A DNA stretch of 64,000 nucleotides from a virus (IMGVR_UViG_3300023082_000002:12094-76093), one strand, 5' to 3'. Counted from the first letter of the stretch, positions 1-10,470 are shown. Notes: a model not told the origin generated them from the letters alone. A program made the numbers and translations.

Positions 1-686
1 CTGACGAGTACATGGAGCAGCTTCGAAAGGAAATTGCCGATAAGTGGGTCAAGCCACTTATGAGTGGATACTCGATCGGCGGCGGCATCGGATCGTATGC
101 TGGTCACAACGGCAGAGACTTCCCTGTAGCGAAGGGTACGTCTGTTCACGCAATCAGTGGTGGTACTGTTACAGCGTCACGAGACATTGCAGCAAATGGT
201 GGAAAGTATAACGGCGGCGGCTATGGCTCGTACGGTCGTATGATCGAGATTGCCCACAAGAACGGCATCAAGTCGCTGTACGCACACAACAGTCAGCGTC
301 TGGTTAGTGCTGGCGATACCGTTATGCCGAATGATGTCATTGCGAAGTCTGGCTCGACTGGTAACTCGTCTGGTCCTCACCTTCACCTGTCGATGTGGCA
401 GAATGGCTCACTCACAGAGCCGCTGGACTTCCTGCGAACACATGGAGTTAAGCTGGCGAAGGGTGCGATAGTTCGGTCGCGTAGCGGCGGAGTGGATGCT
501 ACAATCGGCGAAGGCAATCGTGACGAGGCAGTCTTGCCTCTCCCGAGGGGCTGGCGTGGAGATGATCCGTTCAGGGGTGGAGACACTAACATTACGGTGA
601 CAGGTGATCTCGTCTTCCCGAACGTCGAGAATGGCGATGACGCAGAAGACTTCATTAACAACCTCGTTTCAGTAGTGAAGGAATAA
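1..686 (+). CDS. Tape measure protein C-terminus with M23 peptidase domain (5' truncated)
   Basis: HNGRD (HxxxD) and GPHLH M23 motifs; GEGNRDEAVLPL tape-measure tail motif; frame open to the window edge; precedes minor tail genes. Confidence 0.85.
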   Translation, partial: DEYMEQLRKEIADKWVKPLMSGYSIGGGIGSYAGHNGRDFPVAKGTSVHAISGGTVTASRDIAANGGKYNGGGYGSYGRMIEIAHKNGIKSLYAHNSQRLVSAGDTVMPNDVIAKSGSTGNSSGPHLHLSMWQNGSLTEPLDFLRTHGVKLAKGAIVRSRSGGVDATIGEGNRDEAVLPLPRGWRGDDPFRGGDTNITVTGDLVFPNVENGDDAEDFINNLVSVVKE

Positions 687-687
687 C

Positions 688-3600
688 ATGAGCAGCCTTA
701 CGACCTCGCAGGCCAGTTTCACTTCACGGGGTGGCGGAACCAAGTACAACGGTGGCGTACTTGCTTCTGGAAAAGTTGTCAGAGTTGTTCCGACCAGTGC
801 AACAACTTTTGTGGTTCTCGAGAACCCAGCTGACGGAAGCATGAGTGTCACTACGGTTGCCACGATCACGATCACGACCCTCAAGTTCACTCCTCGCTGG
901 CAGGCTGTTGTTGGGCACGATGGAACCTACGTCGTTCTGGCTTACATTTGCTCTGATAATACTGTTCGCAGTAGGATCATTCGTTACACTGCTGGTACTG
1001 GAGTTTCGTACGTCAGTACGGATGCAGAGCAAACTGCGGCACCTGCAGTTTCAGGCGCTGAGCCCGATATCATGGACATCGACGTCAGCGTCGGTGGTGC
1101 GGTTGCTCTGACTTATCTTTTTTCTCAGTCCGTCAGTCCTTTCATCGGCTACGTGACTCGTATTCGTACGACTGCCGGAACCTGGGTTGCTGGAGAAACA
1201 TTCTCACTTGAGACCGCAGCGTACCCGTGGCGTGCTTGGAACACCGGTATTAATGTCTCGTGGTCTCAGGGCGGCGGCGCGGCGGCGCGGCGCTTTGACG
1301 TCATGGCAAGTTACGGAGGCAACTCTTCAGACAAGGGAACAGTCTGGAGGCACTGTTCGATTAACGAAACGACTGGCGCTTCGTTTAGCGCACAGAGTAA
1401 AGGACTGCTTCCGTACGGTAGTCTAAACTACTACTCGAACAGTTATGCATTCAGTAACAGGCCTCGTGTCGTCCGAGGTTACGCACTGCCTGATGGTCTC
1501 AACACAGTCATTGCCCTTGCAGCTATTGTAACTGTCATTCACCCAAACGACATCATAGGTGACAAGTCCACAGAGTTTGTTCCTCGTAAGTGGGTGGGAG
1601 TCTTGAAGACAACTACCCTCGGTGCAAACGCTGCTGCAGACGTCGTTGATGTGACAATGAAGTTTGTCGACACGGGAAGCTATTCCAACCGGAAGTATAA
1701 TTACTCTGGAACAACGGCTATCGGGTTTAACACTCACCCTGACGGAAGCTTTATTGTCAACTTCATCGAGCCGCTATACAGGCCGGCTGCATACTCTACT
1801 GGAGATGTAGCTGGATACGATGGTGTACTGAATGTCGCTAAGATCATTGATCCTGCCGGGAGTTTTACTCTCAATGGAGCTGATGTAGCGTCAGGAAGAA
1901 TGAATGGAACCATCGAGCCGCAGGTGCGTCCGGGTCGCGCTAGTGGTGATCAGCTAGGTGACTTCTGGACGACCACACAGTCGCCTGCTTCGGGTTACCC
2001 GTCAAGGCGCCAGGACTGGATGTCGGTAGAGCTTGCCAGTGGTAACAACAAGGTAGTTTTTGGTAACGCTCTTATTACAGTCACCTCGAGTGATCTACAG
2101 CCCCTTGCTTCTTCTGTAGTGACCACGTCGCTGCCGAAGGTCAACGTGTTTGCAAAGAACAGTACTCTTCAGTACAGCCCTCCCGTCGTGCGTCCGATTT
2201 ATCGGATTGCAGACAACGTAGACCTTACGCTAAATGCGATTGAATTTACTGACACGTTCTGGGAGCTGAGGTCGCTTAGTTTTCAGAGCTGGGAGCGCAC
2301 TTGGAAGTCGGCCTGGGTGCCTGCTGGAGTCAGGTATATTGGCGTAAAGTTCGAGGACCCGTACGGCAACCAGTACACCCACCCCTCTGTCAATACTTTC
2401 ACGGTCTCGCACCCGTCTGGTGTCTATGTTGTCGTGCCTGGATATTCTACTACTGATCCCGGTCCTGTTTTTTACTCAGACCCCAATGCTTTGGGTTACT
2501 CTGTACACGACATAAGCTGGGCAATCAGTGATGCGTTCAGTGAGGACTATCAGACAGCGTATCGACTTTTGGTGACTGATCCACTTGGAAGCACTGTCTA
2601 CGATACTGGCAAGGTTATTTCACAGGCAGTCAACTCGGGTACCGGCAAGATTCGTATTCCGTTCGCGAACCGCAACCAGAACCTGACTGTTACCGTTTAC
2701 ACTTGGGACGTCTACGACACCAGTGCAACGCCAGGCAGTAATGCTCGTGGCTCGATTATTGCCTATGCTGGTCCGAATGTTACTGCCGTAACAGCAAGCC
2801 CACTGAATGCTTCAGATTTGACTGCGGCAAACCCGACGATCACAGTTACTCATACACCAGGTTTCCGTCCGTCGACAGCTCTAGATGTAATCATCAGCAA
2901 GGCCGGAGTTACGCTAAAGACAATTCATGTCGACAACCCAACAAACACACAGGCCGTTACTTTCCCGTCGTTCCTCGATAACAATACGAATTACACTGTT
3001 ACGGCTGTGGTCACTGACCAGGGTGGACTGTCTCATAGTCTTGCGACCAACATTCACACCCTATGGACGCCTCCGGGTGCTCCGATTGGCGTAACGGTTT
3101 CAGCTGCTAACTACAACACTCCCAATCAGAATTCAATTGACATCTCATGGAGTACTAACCTTTTGAGTGGGGGTGACCAGGAGGATGCTATTACGCCTGG
3201 TCCCTACGGTGCTGGAACATTAACTTGGGATACGGTGGAGTCACATTCGCCTACACATTCCGCAAAGGTTGTTACGCATGGTGCTGTTGAGGGTGCAGTC
3301 TTCTATACCCCAACCCTCCTGAGTGCAAATCAAAAGGTCGTTAGCTCTGTATGGATCAAGGGTCCTGCTGGAACAACTGTAGGTATTGCCGGTCGAGTCG
3401 GTAGCGTTTCTGGTGCTTATCTCGGTGAAGGTGCCGGTGCTAGAAACTTTGTTCTTACAGGAGCTTGGCAACGGATTTATACTGACCCTTGGACATATGC
3501 AACCAGTGAGTTTCAGCCTTGGTTCCAGGTGACAACTTCAGCTGCTGTAACATTTTGGCTTGACGATGCTCAGAGTGAGACTGGTACCGTCCTGACACCC

Positions 3601-4257
3601 TGGGCGCCTGGCAAGGATGCGAACTGGATCGAGTGGACAATCTATCGACAGATTAATCAGATCAATCCAGAAACTGGCGCGGTTCTCGCTTACGGCGATT
3701 TGACCTACATCGGGTCATCGCAGAGTAACGCTCCTATCGTCAGCTATAGCGACAGGACAGCACCTTCGGGTGTGCAGGTCGGATATGTCATCCGGCAAAA
3801 AGTGAATCGTTCAGGGTCGTTGATCGAGTCAGTTAACAACACGCCTGTAGTCGTAAACACCGTCTCGGAAGGCTATTGGCTGGTGGACCCAGACCCAATC
3901 GACCCGCTGTTTGGATCATTCCAGCTTTACAATGTCACTTCAGATAACTACTCACAGAAGTACGAGTCGGAGACGATGCATCTCATCGGACGTGGCAACC
4001 ATGAAGACCAGGGCGACTACCTCGGCGTCGAGGGTTCTCTGGTGGCAAAGTTCCGCAACAGTGGCGGAACAACTGCACGACAGAAGAAGCTTCGTATCGA
4101 GGCTATTCGCAGCGAGGCGCGTCCACTGATCATGCGTACTCCGTTTGGAGATATGTTCTACGTGTCAATTCGAGATATCGAAGTGGATCGAATTGCAGGC
4201 CAAGGTCTCAATGAGTTCTGTGATGTAACCATTCCGTACAGCGAGGTGTATCGCTGA
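688..4257 (+). CDS. Large minor tail protein with Ig-like/FnIII-like segments and a CBM-like insert
   Basis: 1189 aa, T/S/G/V-rich, directly after the tape measure; WQRIY...FWLDDAQSETG..TPW CBM-like segment. Confidence 0.75.
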   Translation: MSSLTTSQASFTSRGGGTKYNGGVLASGKVVRVVPTSATTFVVLENPADGSMSVTTVATITITTLKFTPRWQAVVGHDGTYVVLAYICSDNTVRSRIIRYTAGTGVSYVSTDAEQTAAPAVSGAEPDIMDIDVSVGGAVALTYLFSQSVSPFIGYVTRIRTTAGTWVAGETFSLETAAYPWRAWNTGINVSWSQGGGAAARRFDVMASYGGNSSDKGTVWRHCSINETTGASFSAQSKGLLPYGSLNYYSNSYAFSNRPRVVRGYALPDGLNTVIALAAIVTVIHPNDIIGDKSTEFVPRKWVGVLKTTTLGANAAADVVDVTMKFVDTGSYSNRKYNYSGTTAIGFNTHPDGSFIVNFIEPLYRPAAYSTGDVAGYDGVLNVAKIIDPAGSFTLNGADVASGRMNGTIEPQVRPGRASGDQLGDFWTTTQSPASGYPSRRQDWMSVELASGNNKVVFGNALITVTSSDLQPLASSVVTTSLPKVNVFAKNSTLQYSPPVVRPIYRIADNVDLTLNAIEFTDTFWELRSLSFQSWERTWKSAWVPAGVRYIGVKFEDPYGNQYTHPSVNTFTVSHPSGVYVVVPGYSTTDPGPVFYSDPNALGYSVHDISWAISDAFSEDYQTAYRLLVTDPLGSTVYDTGKVISQAVNSGTGKIRIPFANRNQNLTVTVYTWDVYDTSATPGSNARGSIIAYAGPNVTAVTASPLNASDLTAANPTITVTHTPGFRPSTALDVIISKAGVTLKTIHVDNPTNTQAVTFPSFLDNNTNYTVTAVVTDQGGLSHSLATNIHTLWTPPGAPIGVTVSAANYNTPNQNSIDISWSTNLLSGGDQEDAITPGPYGAGTLTWDTVESHSPTHSAKVVTHGAVEGAVFYTPTLLSANQKVVSSVWIKGPAGTTVGIAGRVGSVSGAYLGEGAGARNFVLTGAWQRIYTDPWTYATSEFQPWFQVTTSAAVTFWLDDAQSETGTVLTPWAPGKDANWIEWTIYRQINQINPETGAVLAYGDLTYIGSSQSNAPIVSYSDRTAPSGVQVGYVIRQKVNRSGSLIESVNNTPVVVNTVSEGYWLVDPDPIDPLFGSFQLYNVTSDNYSQKYESETMHLIGRGNHEDQGDYLGVEGSLVAKFRNSGGTTARQKKLRIEAIRSEARPLIMRTPFGDMFYVSIRDIEVDRIAGQGLNEFCDVTIPYSEVYR

Positions 4258-5993
4258 TGGTTATGCCAAGTCAGGATGTCGTCAATGCGATCGAGGCGGG
4301 CATTACTCGTGTCACTCGTCGCGTAGAGCTGTATGAAGCGGATGGAGTGACTCCATTCTACCCTAATGGATCAGTTGAAGACCAATTTCGACTGATTGGT
4401 GGAAACGTAAGCGTTGACTCTACACGCGATGAGCGGCGGGCGATTGATATAACGCTCGACAACAAAGACGGCAAGCTTAAGCCGAACGCAAACGGCGGTT
4501 TGTGGTATGACAAGATCATTAAGCCTTATCGCGGGGTTCGGTTCCCAATGAGTCAAACCAAGCCGAAGATTCTCATCATTGAATCGCCGACTCAGCTTAC
4601 TGCTACCATTCTGCGCTCTGCTTTTGCAGCAATGGGATTCACTGACGTTACAATCGACCTTACCGTGACGACGCTTTCACAGCTCTCGGGATATACCATC
4701 ATTGTATCTGATGTCGCTGGAAATACGCCGACAGCAAAGGCCACCCTTCTTCAAGCCGCATTTAATGCCGGATACAAGATTTTCACGAAGGGTCCATATA
4801 ACGGAGTGAACGAGCTTCCGTGGGTTATCGCTGAGACTGCGACGACAAACGCGGCAGGGTTCTTCATTACTCCGTACAACAAGGACACCCCGATTACGGG
4901 TGGCTGGTCGTCGGAACAAGAGGGGTCAATCTCCTCGATGGCTCATACGACGATCAGTCCAAAGGCTATCACCGTCGCATACAGCGTAAACAACTCAATT
5001 ACGCATCCCACTGCGACCATTTACGAGGTGGGCGCGGGTCGATGGTTTGACTACAAGCCAATCACTTATGGCACCCAGGCGAAAGCGCTAATGGCTCGCG
5101 CACTTTACTGGCTCTGGAATTACCAGCCGTATGTCGAGTGGGAAACGCCGCTCGGCGTGTTCATGATCGACAACTTCAAGACTTCAAACTTTCCTCACAC
5201 TGTCCCTTTGTCCGGAAGAGACTTTACGAAAAAGGCTTTGCTTGCAAAGATTCGCAAGGCAATGGATTTCGATTCCGGCACTAAGATCGTAGACTTCATC
5301 ACGGCACTAGGTGCCAATGCAGGCATAACAAAGTTTCGCTTTGATCCGACCATGACGACAACGATCGGTAGTTCCTTCTCGGCGACAAGAGGTGATCCTC
5401 GTTGGTCACTTATGAGCAAGGCAGCGAACATTGCAGACAACAATCTGTATTTTGATCTTGACGGGACACTTACTATGTCTCCGTACCCTGACCCAACACT
5501 GGGCTCTCCGCTTGCATCCTTTCGTACTGGAGCAGAAGGTGGCAACCTTGCTTCTTATGAAAAGTCTGCAAACGATTCGTTCATCTACAATATGATCGTA
5601 GTAACAGGCACGCCCTCGTCTGATACTTCTGATGTCGTGTCGCTAGGCTTTTACGGCGAGGCTTCGAATACGCGAGAGTCTTCGCCCACTCGCATCTCTC
5701 GTATCGGTGAGCGTACGATGTTTTATGAAAGTCCCTTCTTTACAAGTGACGCGCAGTGCGTGAATTACGCAAACAGTCTGCTTAAGATTCATGCCAACGA
5801 GCAGTATGACTTGAACTTGAGTGGTATCGTTTACCCCTGGATCGAAGCCGGGATTGTTGTAGATTTCAAAGACCCCGAGGATAGTGAAGGTCTTGATCCT
5901 GTGCGATTCGTCGGACAGTCTTTCGGTGTGCCTCTTGACCTTACTCCAATGACCGCCTCGGCGAAGCGCCTCGTCATTATTGCAGGGAGTTGA
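4257..5993 (+). CDS. Minor tail protein (DUF5047-like hub protein with inserted domain)
   Basis: GGNVSVD..RDERR, ETPLGVF and IYNMIVVTG segments typical of actinophage minor tail proteins; TGATG coupling. Confidence 0.75.
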   Translation: MVMPSQDVVNAIEAGITRVTRRVELYEADGVTPFYPNGSVEDQFRLIGGNVSVDSTRDERRAIDITLDNKDGKLKPNANGGLWYDKIIKPYRGVRFPMSQTKPKILIIESPTQLTATILRSAFAAMGFTDVTIDLTVTTLSQLSGYTIIVSDVAGNTPTAKATLLQAAFNAGYKIFTKGPYNGVNELPWVIAETATTNAAGFFITPYNKDTPITGGWSSEQEGSISSMAHTTISPKAITVAYSVNNSITHPTATIYEVGAGRWFDYKPITYGTQAKALMARALYWLWNYQPYVEWETPLGVFMIDNFKTSNFPHTVPLSGRDFTKKALLAKIRKAMDFDSGTKIVDFITALGANAGITKFRFDPTMTTTIGSSFSATRGDPRWSLMSKAANIADNNLYFDLDGTLTMSPYPDPTLGSPLASFRTGAEGGNLASYEKSANDSFIYNMIVVTGTPSSDTSDVVSLGFYGEASNTRESSPTRISRIGERTMFYESPFFTSDAQCVNYANSLLKIHANEQYDLNLSGIVYPWIEAGIVVDFKDPEDSEGLDPVRFVGQSFGVPLDLTPMTASAKRLVIIAGS

Positions 5994-5994
5994 C

Positions 5995-6822
5995 ATGTCT
6001 AAACTGTTTAAAGATATGGCAACGGCGCTTGCGTTCCGGGATGTCATGGAACGCGTTGCTACTGGTGTAGTGAATCGTCTTCGGCCAGCTTCGTTCGTCG
6101 GCGAAGTCACAACAGTCAATATACTGACTCGTACTGCTACGGTTCGCAGGGCGGGACAAGAAGAAGACGAGCCGGACACTAGGGTTAACTATCTGCCACA
6201 CCTTGCCCCGAACCAAATCCTTGTCCAGGACGTCCAGAGGGGTAACATTGTAGAGGTCTCCGGTACCTCGGGTGATCTTTATATTACCAAGATATACTCT
6301 GGTCTTTACACCGACGAGATTGCAACACCAGCAGGTATGCGTGCGGACTTCGATCTTCCAGCCCCACCGATCGGCTGGGCACTAGAGAACGGACAGGCAC
6401 TAAGTCGCACCGTTGCGTTCCGATTGTTTGCAGCTATCGGAACTACTCATGGAGTCGGCAACGGCACAACAACCTTCAATGTCGATAACACCATGGGTCG
6501 AAGCTCGGTCGGCTGGGACCCGCTTCAGACAGAGTTTGACAATCTGACCGACAAGGGTGGCACGAAAACTAAGTCGCTGTCTTCGGACGAGGGTCCGGTT
6601 CACGCTCACGACTTCGAAGGTCAGACGTTTTCCTGGGGAGCCAATAACGGAAACGTCTATGCAAACGTAGACGCAGTGGGAGGCGCTTCCCCCAGCGGCA
6701 CGAACAGGCTGTTTACTTTTCAGAACGTGGGCGGATGGACTACTACTTATAACGCTGGTAGTGGCAATGCGTTCAGTCTACTTTCGCCTTACTATGTCTC
6801 ACTGAAATGCATTAAGTTGTGA
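5995..6822 (+). CDS. Tail fibre/tail collar domain protein
   Basis: PPIGWALENGQALSR...LFAAIGTTHGVGNGTTTFNV tail-collar motif; SD GGGAG before ATG 5995. Confidence 0.8.
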   Translation: MSKLFKDMATALAFRDVMERVATGVVNRLRPASFVGEVTTVNILTRTATVRRAGQEEDEPDTRVNYLPHLAPNQILVQDVQRGNIVEVSGTSGDLYITKIYSGLYTDEIATPAGMRADFDLPAPPIGWALENGQALSRTVAFRLFAAIGTTHGVGNGTTTFNVDNTMGRSSVGWDPLQTEFDNLTDKGGTKTKSLSSDEGPVHAHDFEGQTFSWGANNGNVYANVDAVGGASPSGTNRLFTFQNVGGWTTTYNAGSGNAFSLLSPYYVSLKCIKL

Positions 6823-6867
6823 CTACTCAAATAGGGACGTTTGACCCTAGACAGGATGGGGTATCCT

Positions 6868-6896
6868 TGACTACGAACGTCCTACGAATTACTCTG
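6868..6896 (+). promoter_or_regulatory. Putative sigma70-type promoter for the lysis cassette
   Basis: TTGACT-17-TACTCT upstream of the AGGAG SD and the GTG at 6943. Confidence 0.5.
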
Positions 6897-6942
6897 TGTC
6901 AAGATGCGACGAGGCATCCTGTCAATTTGGTAGGAGTAAAAG

Positions 6943-7152
6943 GTGCCTAGCAGCCAGAAGTTTTGGGAGAGGCTGGCCGTAGGCATTCTGGTTATCATTC
7001 TTATTGCCCTTGCGGTTGGTGTGTATCGAGACAAAGTCGATTACACACAGGTTATCGTTGCGGCAATTGGACTTATTGGTTTGCTTAGGGGAGCAGACTC
7101 TTTTAAGAAGATGACCGATAAGGATGACGACAGCGACAAGAGCTCGACATGA
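6943..7152 (+). CDS. Small 2-TM membrane protein (holin-like)
   Basis: Two hydrophobic helices, charged tail, strong SD. Confidence 0.7.
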   Translation: MPSSQKFWERLAVGILVIILIALAVGVYRDKVDYTQVIVAAIGLIGLLRGADSFKKMTDKDDDSDKSST

Positions 7153-7277
7153 GTATGAGCACAGAAACCTTGGGTCTTGTGAGCAGCGTTGTTTACGCCG
7201 TTGGCATGTTCTCGGGAGCTGCGCTCGAGCGATTCATTCTTGCACCACGCCGTAAACGACTCGATAAGGAATCCTGA
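7149..7277 (+). CDS. 42-aa single-TM membrane protein (not in ORF track)
   Basis: MSMSTETLGLVSSVVYAVGMFSGAALERFILAPRRKRLDKES; ATGA and TGATG overlaps at both ends. Confidence 0.65.
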   Translation: MSMSTETLGLVSSVVYAVGMFSGAALERFILAPRRKRLDKES

Positions 7278-7723
7278 TGGTCGTACAGTTTCTGCACAAC
7301 CGCCTCCCTGAAAAGGTTAGGCAGAAGTGGCCGATCAATCGACTGATCAACGATGTCCTCATTCTCCTGATCGTTCTTCTCGGGTGGCTCGTTGTTGATC
7401 AGCGGAAGAACCTTGGCGATACTCAGGATTGCATTCGCGAGTATCTCGTTAGCCAGTCAGCAGCGCAGCAGCCGCGCAACCAGGCGAACATCGAGACCGA
7501 TAATGCCTTAGCCGCGGCTATCAGTACCATCCCCCCACTCCTTCAAACGATCCTCTCAGCTGCCGCTGACTCGAACAACCTCCAGCTTCAGCAGCAGTCC
7601 CTGGACGCCGTTCGTAACACCAACAGAGCTTTCAGTGACTTCAATGTGAACTTTGCCGAGCTCAAAAAGGCTCGCGCAAACTTCCCCATCCCTCCGGCCC
7701 CTGAGAACCTTTGCAAGGACTGA
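7277..7723 (+). CDS. Membrane-anchored coiled-coil protein (lysis accessory)
   Basis: One TM, helical ectodomain with two Cys, ends PPAPENLCKD. Confidence 0.65.
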   Translation: MVVQFLHNRLPEKVRQKWPINRLINDVLILLIVLLGWLVVDQRKNLGDTQDCIREYLVSQSAAQQPRNQANIETDNALAAAISTIPPLLQTILSAAADSNNLQLQQQSLDAVRNTNRAFSDFNVNFAELKKARANFPIPPAPENLCKD

Positions 7724-7724
7724 T

Positions 7725-8075
7725 ATGGAATTGGATTACGCGGAGTTCTTCCGCACGCTCGTTGGCACTGTGTTACTAGTAGCATGGTACGTCATTAGCC
7801 GACGCACGCGAGGACGATGGGCACACATGACCCGAGTCGGAAAGCGTCTATGGATCGGCTACTACATTCTTTTGTTCGCCGTCATATGGGCGACAATTGA
7901 TTCTCTCAACGCTGATTCACCAATCACCAGCAAGAATTACGTCCTCGCTTTTGCGGCGGCGTTCCTGGCGATTGGTGGGCTGTTGAGGCTAGAGGGTGAC
8001 GAGAGCACCGAACCCGTTTACTGGGTAAACCTGAAAGGAAGGCCGAGCACATGGCGAATTATCAAGCTGAGGTAG
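7725..8075 (+). CDS. 3-TM membrane protein
   Basis: MELDYAEFF...; three hydrophobic segments; SD AAGGA. Confidence 0.65.
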   Translation: MELDYAEFFRTLVGTVLLVAWYVISRRTRGRWAHMTRVGKRLWIGYYILLFAVIWATIDSLNADSPITSKNYVLAFAAAFLAIGGLLRLEGDESTEPVYWVNLKGRPSTWRIIKLR

Positions 8076-8078
8076 GGG

Positions 8079-9650
8079 GTGGCACCCATGGGAGCTAACA
8101 CGCTGATTCGTACCAGTAGCGGAGCTCGCATCCCCGACGAGTTGCTCGAGATGAATCGAGCAGTCGAGAAGATCATGAAGTGGGGCAAGGACTCCATGAC
8201 AGTCACACAGGGCTCACGCTCTGTGGCTGTTGGTGCTTCCGGGAACACACACGGAGGCGACGATGCGGAAGACCTCACTGCCAATGAGGCTGCTGCGAAG
8301 GAGAAGTACTTTCGCCTCCAAGGTGGCATGTTCTACGAGCGTGCACCGATCAAGGGTGTCTGGTCTCGCCATGTTCACGGCGGGCGTGACTACTCGACTG
8401 TCGGCTCGAAGGCGTACGCGCAGCAGCTTGTGCAGTACCACAAGCGCAACAACGCGCTTGCGAACTTCGGCCCTGACACTGGCTACCGGATGCTTGTCTT
8501 CCCCAAGCACGTCTACAAGGGATACATCGGGTATGTGCAGGCACGAGGCGCCACGAACGCTTACGAGCAGCCGACCGGCAAGTCCAAGAAGATCACGCCG
8601 ATCAAGCGCAAGCAGGTTACGTACGTCGTAGCCGAGATGGAAGTTGCCGGCTCGCGCTGGTATCTCACGCTGACCGGCAAGTGCATCAAGGCTTCTCGAT
8701 TCAACAAGATCGCCAAGCCGAAGACTGTCGCTTCGACTCGTCCCGCTCCTGTGGTTGCCACACCTGCTCCGACTCCGAGTGCACCCGCATCGAAGCCGAC
8801 GTCGACGATTCTGAACATTGGTACTCGAAACGTCATCGTCAATCGTCTGACATCGTCGGGCAAGAACGGACGCTTTACCAATGTGAAGAAGGGTCTGTCG
8901 TGGCACGAGCGCAAGCCGCTTCTTGCCAAGGATGCGGCCCAGGCAAACCTGGACCTTCTCGGCACCCAAGAGGCTGGAGAGCGGTCAGACATGGCAGAGT
9001 TCGCGACCAACCTTGAGCTCGCCACGAAGCACGACTGGGACTTTGTCTACGGTGGTGACAACTTCGACATCAGCCAAGCGAACCTGTGGGATCGTTCGAC
9101 GCTCGGAGAGCTGGAGTCTGGTGTTGTTGATCTTGAAGGCAGCGATCACGACAAGCTCGTGTGGTCCCGTCACCGAGTGAAGGCTACTGGCGGTTCGCTG
9201 TTGATTGGCAACCTGCACTCCGAATGGCGCGAGGGAGGCAAGTCGGCGAAGGGCAACCAGTACGACAGGCTTCGCGAGCGTCAGTCCAAGAAGGCCATGG
9301 CATGGCTGATCGCAAAGGCCGAAGGTACTGACGACGTTGTCGTTCTTCTTGGCGATTTCAACTCCACCGCACAGAATCCGTACGATGGTCCCGGCAAGGC
9401 TGCCGCCGCTACAGGATTCCGTGACTGCGAGTCGGCAGCGAAGTCACAGGTTCGCACCGAGTGGAACAGTTACCACGGCTTTGAAAGCCCGAAGGCTGAT
9501 AAGCAGTTTGATCGGTTCTTCGTTCTGCAGTCGCAGATCGACTCCGGTCAGCTGGAGGTCACGCACTTCGCGGTCGATCCGAACGCCGCAACCAAGGCTG
9601 GCAGTGACCACTACCAGACCCGCATCCGTATCATCGTCCGAGTCAAGTAA
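8079..9650 (+). CDS. Endolysin: M15-like Zn peptidase, P/T linker and C-terminal EEP (endonuclease/exonuclease/phosphatase) domain
   Basis: N-term TQGS..SGNTHGGDDAED (H-x6-D)...HVH; C-term GTRN, LGTQE, NLH, LGDFN, FDRFF, SDH; flanked by membrane genes. Confidence 0.75.
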   Translation: MAPMGANTLIRTSSGARIPDELLEMNRAVEKIMKWGKDSMTVTQGSRSVAVGASGNTHGGDDAEDLTANEAAAKEKYFRLQGGMFYERAPIKGVWSRHVHGGRDYSTVGSKAYAQQLVQYHKRNNALANFGPDTGYRMLVFPKHVYKGYIGYVQARGATNAYEQPTGKSKKITPIKRKQVTYVVAEMEVAGSRWYLTLTGKCIKASRFNKIAKPKTVASTRPAPVVATPAPTPSAPASKPTSTILNIGTRNVIVNRLTSSGKNGRFTNVKKGLSWHERKPLLAKDAAQANLDLLGTQEAGERSDMAEFATNLELATKHDWDFVYGGDNFDISQANLWDRSTLGELESGVVDLEGSDHDKLVWSRHRVKATGGSLLIGNLHSEWREGGKSAKGNQYDRLRERQSKKAMAWLIAKAEGTDDVVVLLGDFNSTAQNPYDGPGKAAAATGFRDCESAAKSQVRTEWNSYHGFESPKADKQFDRFFVLQSQIDSGQLEVTHFAVDPNAATKAGSDHYQTRIRIIVRVK

Positions 9651-9658
9651 GGAAGACC

Positions 9659-10123
9659 ATGTTTATCATTGAACAGCTGGCGCTCGCCGAGCCCGGCGCA
9701 CTCGACACCAAGGGGATCGAGGTGTCGATCAGCACTGTCTGGTACACCTTCATCCTCGCCACTCTCGCCCCGCTCATCGTGGGTCTCATCACGAAGCGGT
9801 TCGTTGAGTCACGAACCAAGACACTCCTCCTGGTTGCCGTCACGGTGCTCATTCAGGTACTCACCGAGCTTGGCTCGACGTTCAATCTGTGGGAGTTTCT
9901 CACGAAGGCGTTCATGGCTTTTGTCCTCGCGGTCGGCATCCACTACCAGTTCCTGAAGAAGGCCGGCATCACTTCCCAGGATGGAGCTGTCAATAAGTTC
10001 TTGCCCGACATCGGCATCGGCCACGACTACGGCGGCGATGACCTGCTGCCCGACCCGGAGCTGATTCGCAAGACCAACGAGGCGAACGGCATCACGGCGG
10101 AAGACTACCCAAGCGAAAAGTAG
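9659..10123 (+). CDS. Holin
   Basis: Multiple TM helices, directly after the endolysin. Confidence 0.75.
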   Translation: MFIIEQLALAEPGALDTKGIEVSISTVWYTFILATLAPLIVGLITKRFVESRTKTLLLVAVTVLIQVLTELGSTFNLWEFLTKAFMAFVLAVGIHYQFLKKAGITSQDGAVNKFLPDIGIGHDYGGDDLLPDPELIRKTNEANGITAEDYPSEK

Positions 10124-10132
10124 TCCCCACAA

Positions 10133-10179
10133 GCGCAAACCCCCCGCAGATACGCTCTGCGGGGGGTTTGCTTTCTTCT
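10133..10179. terminator. Rho-independent terminator between convergent operons
   Basis: GCAAACCCCCCGCAGA-tacgc-TCTGCGGGGGGTTTGC followed by TTTCTTCT. Confidence 0.85.
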
Positions 10180-10470
10180 ATTACTCCATGTACTCCGACG
10201 GGTCGGGCTCATCTTCAGGCCATGTGTTGTCACGCTCGAAGGCTGCAGCGCTTTGCTCGTCGCGGGACTCGAGGTCCTCGGCACCAGAATGAAAAGCGTT
10301 CGGCCCACTCACAGGTCGATTCCGATCGACTCGTTCACGTTGTTGATGTCAGTCGCGCAGCAGGCGCACGTCTTGACCAGGGCGGGCCTGTGCATGTGTC
10401 CACACCGATCACAAGCTGTCCTTGATTCGACGGGCGTCTTTACGCTAGATGATTCGTCCATCATGTCCCC

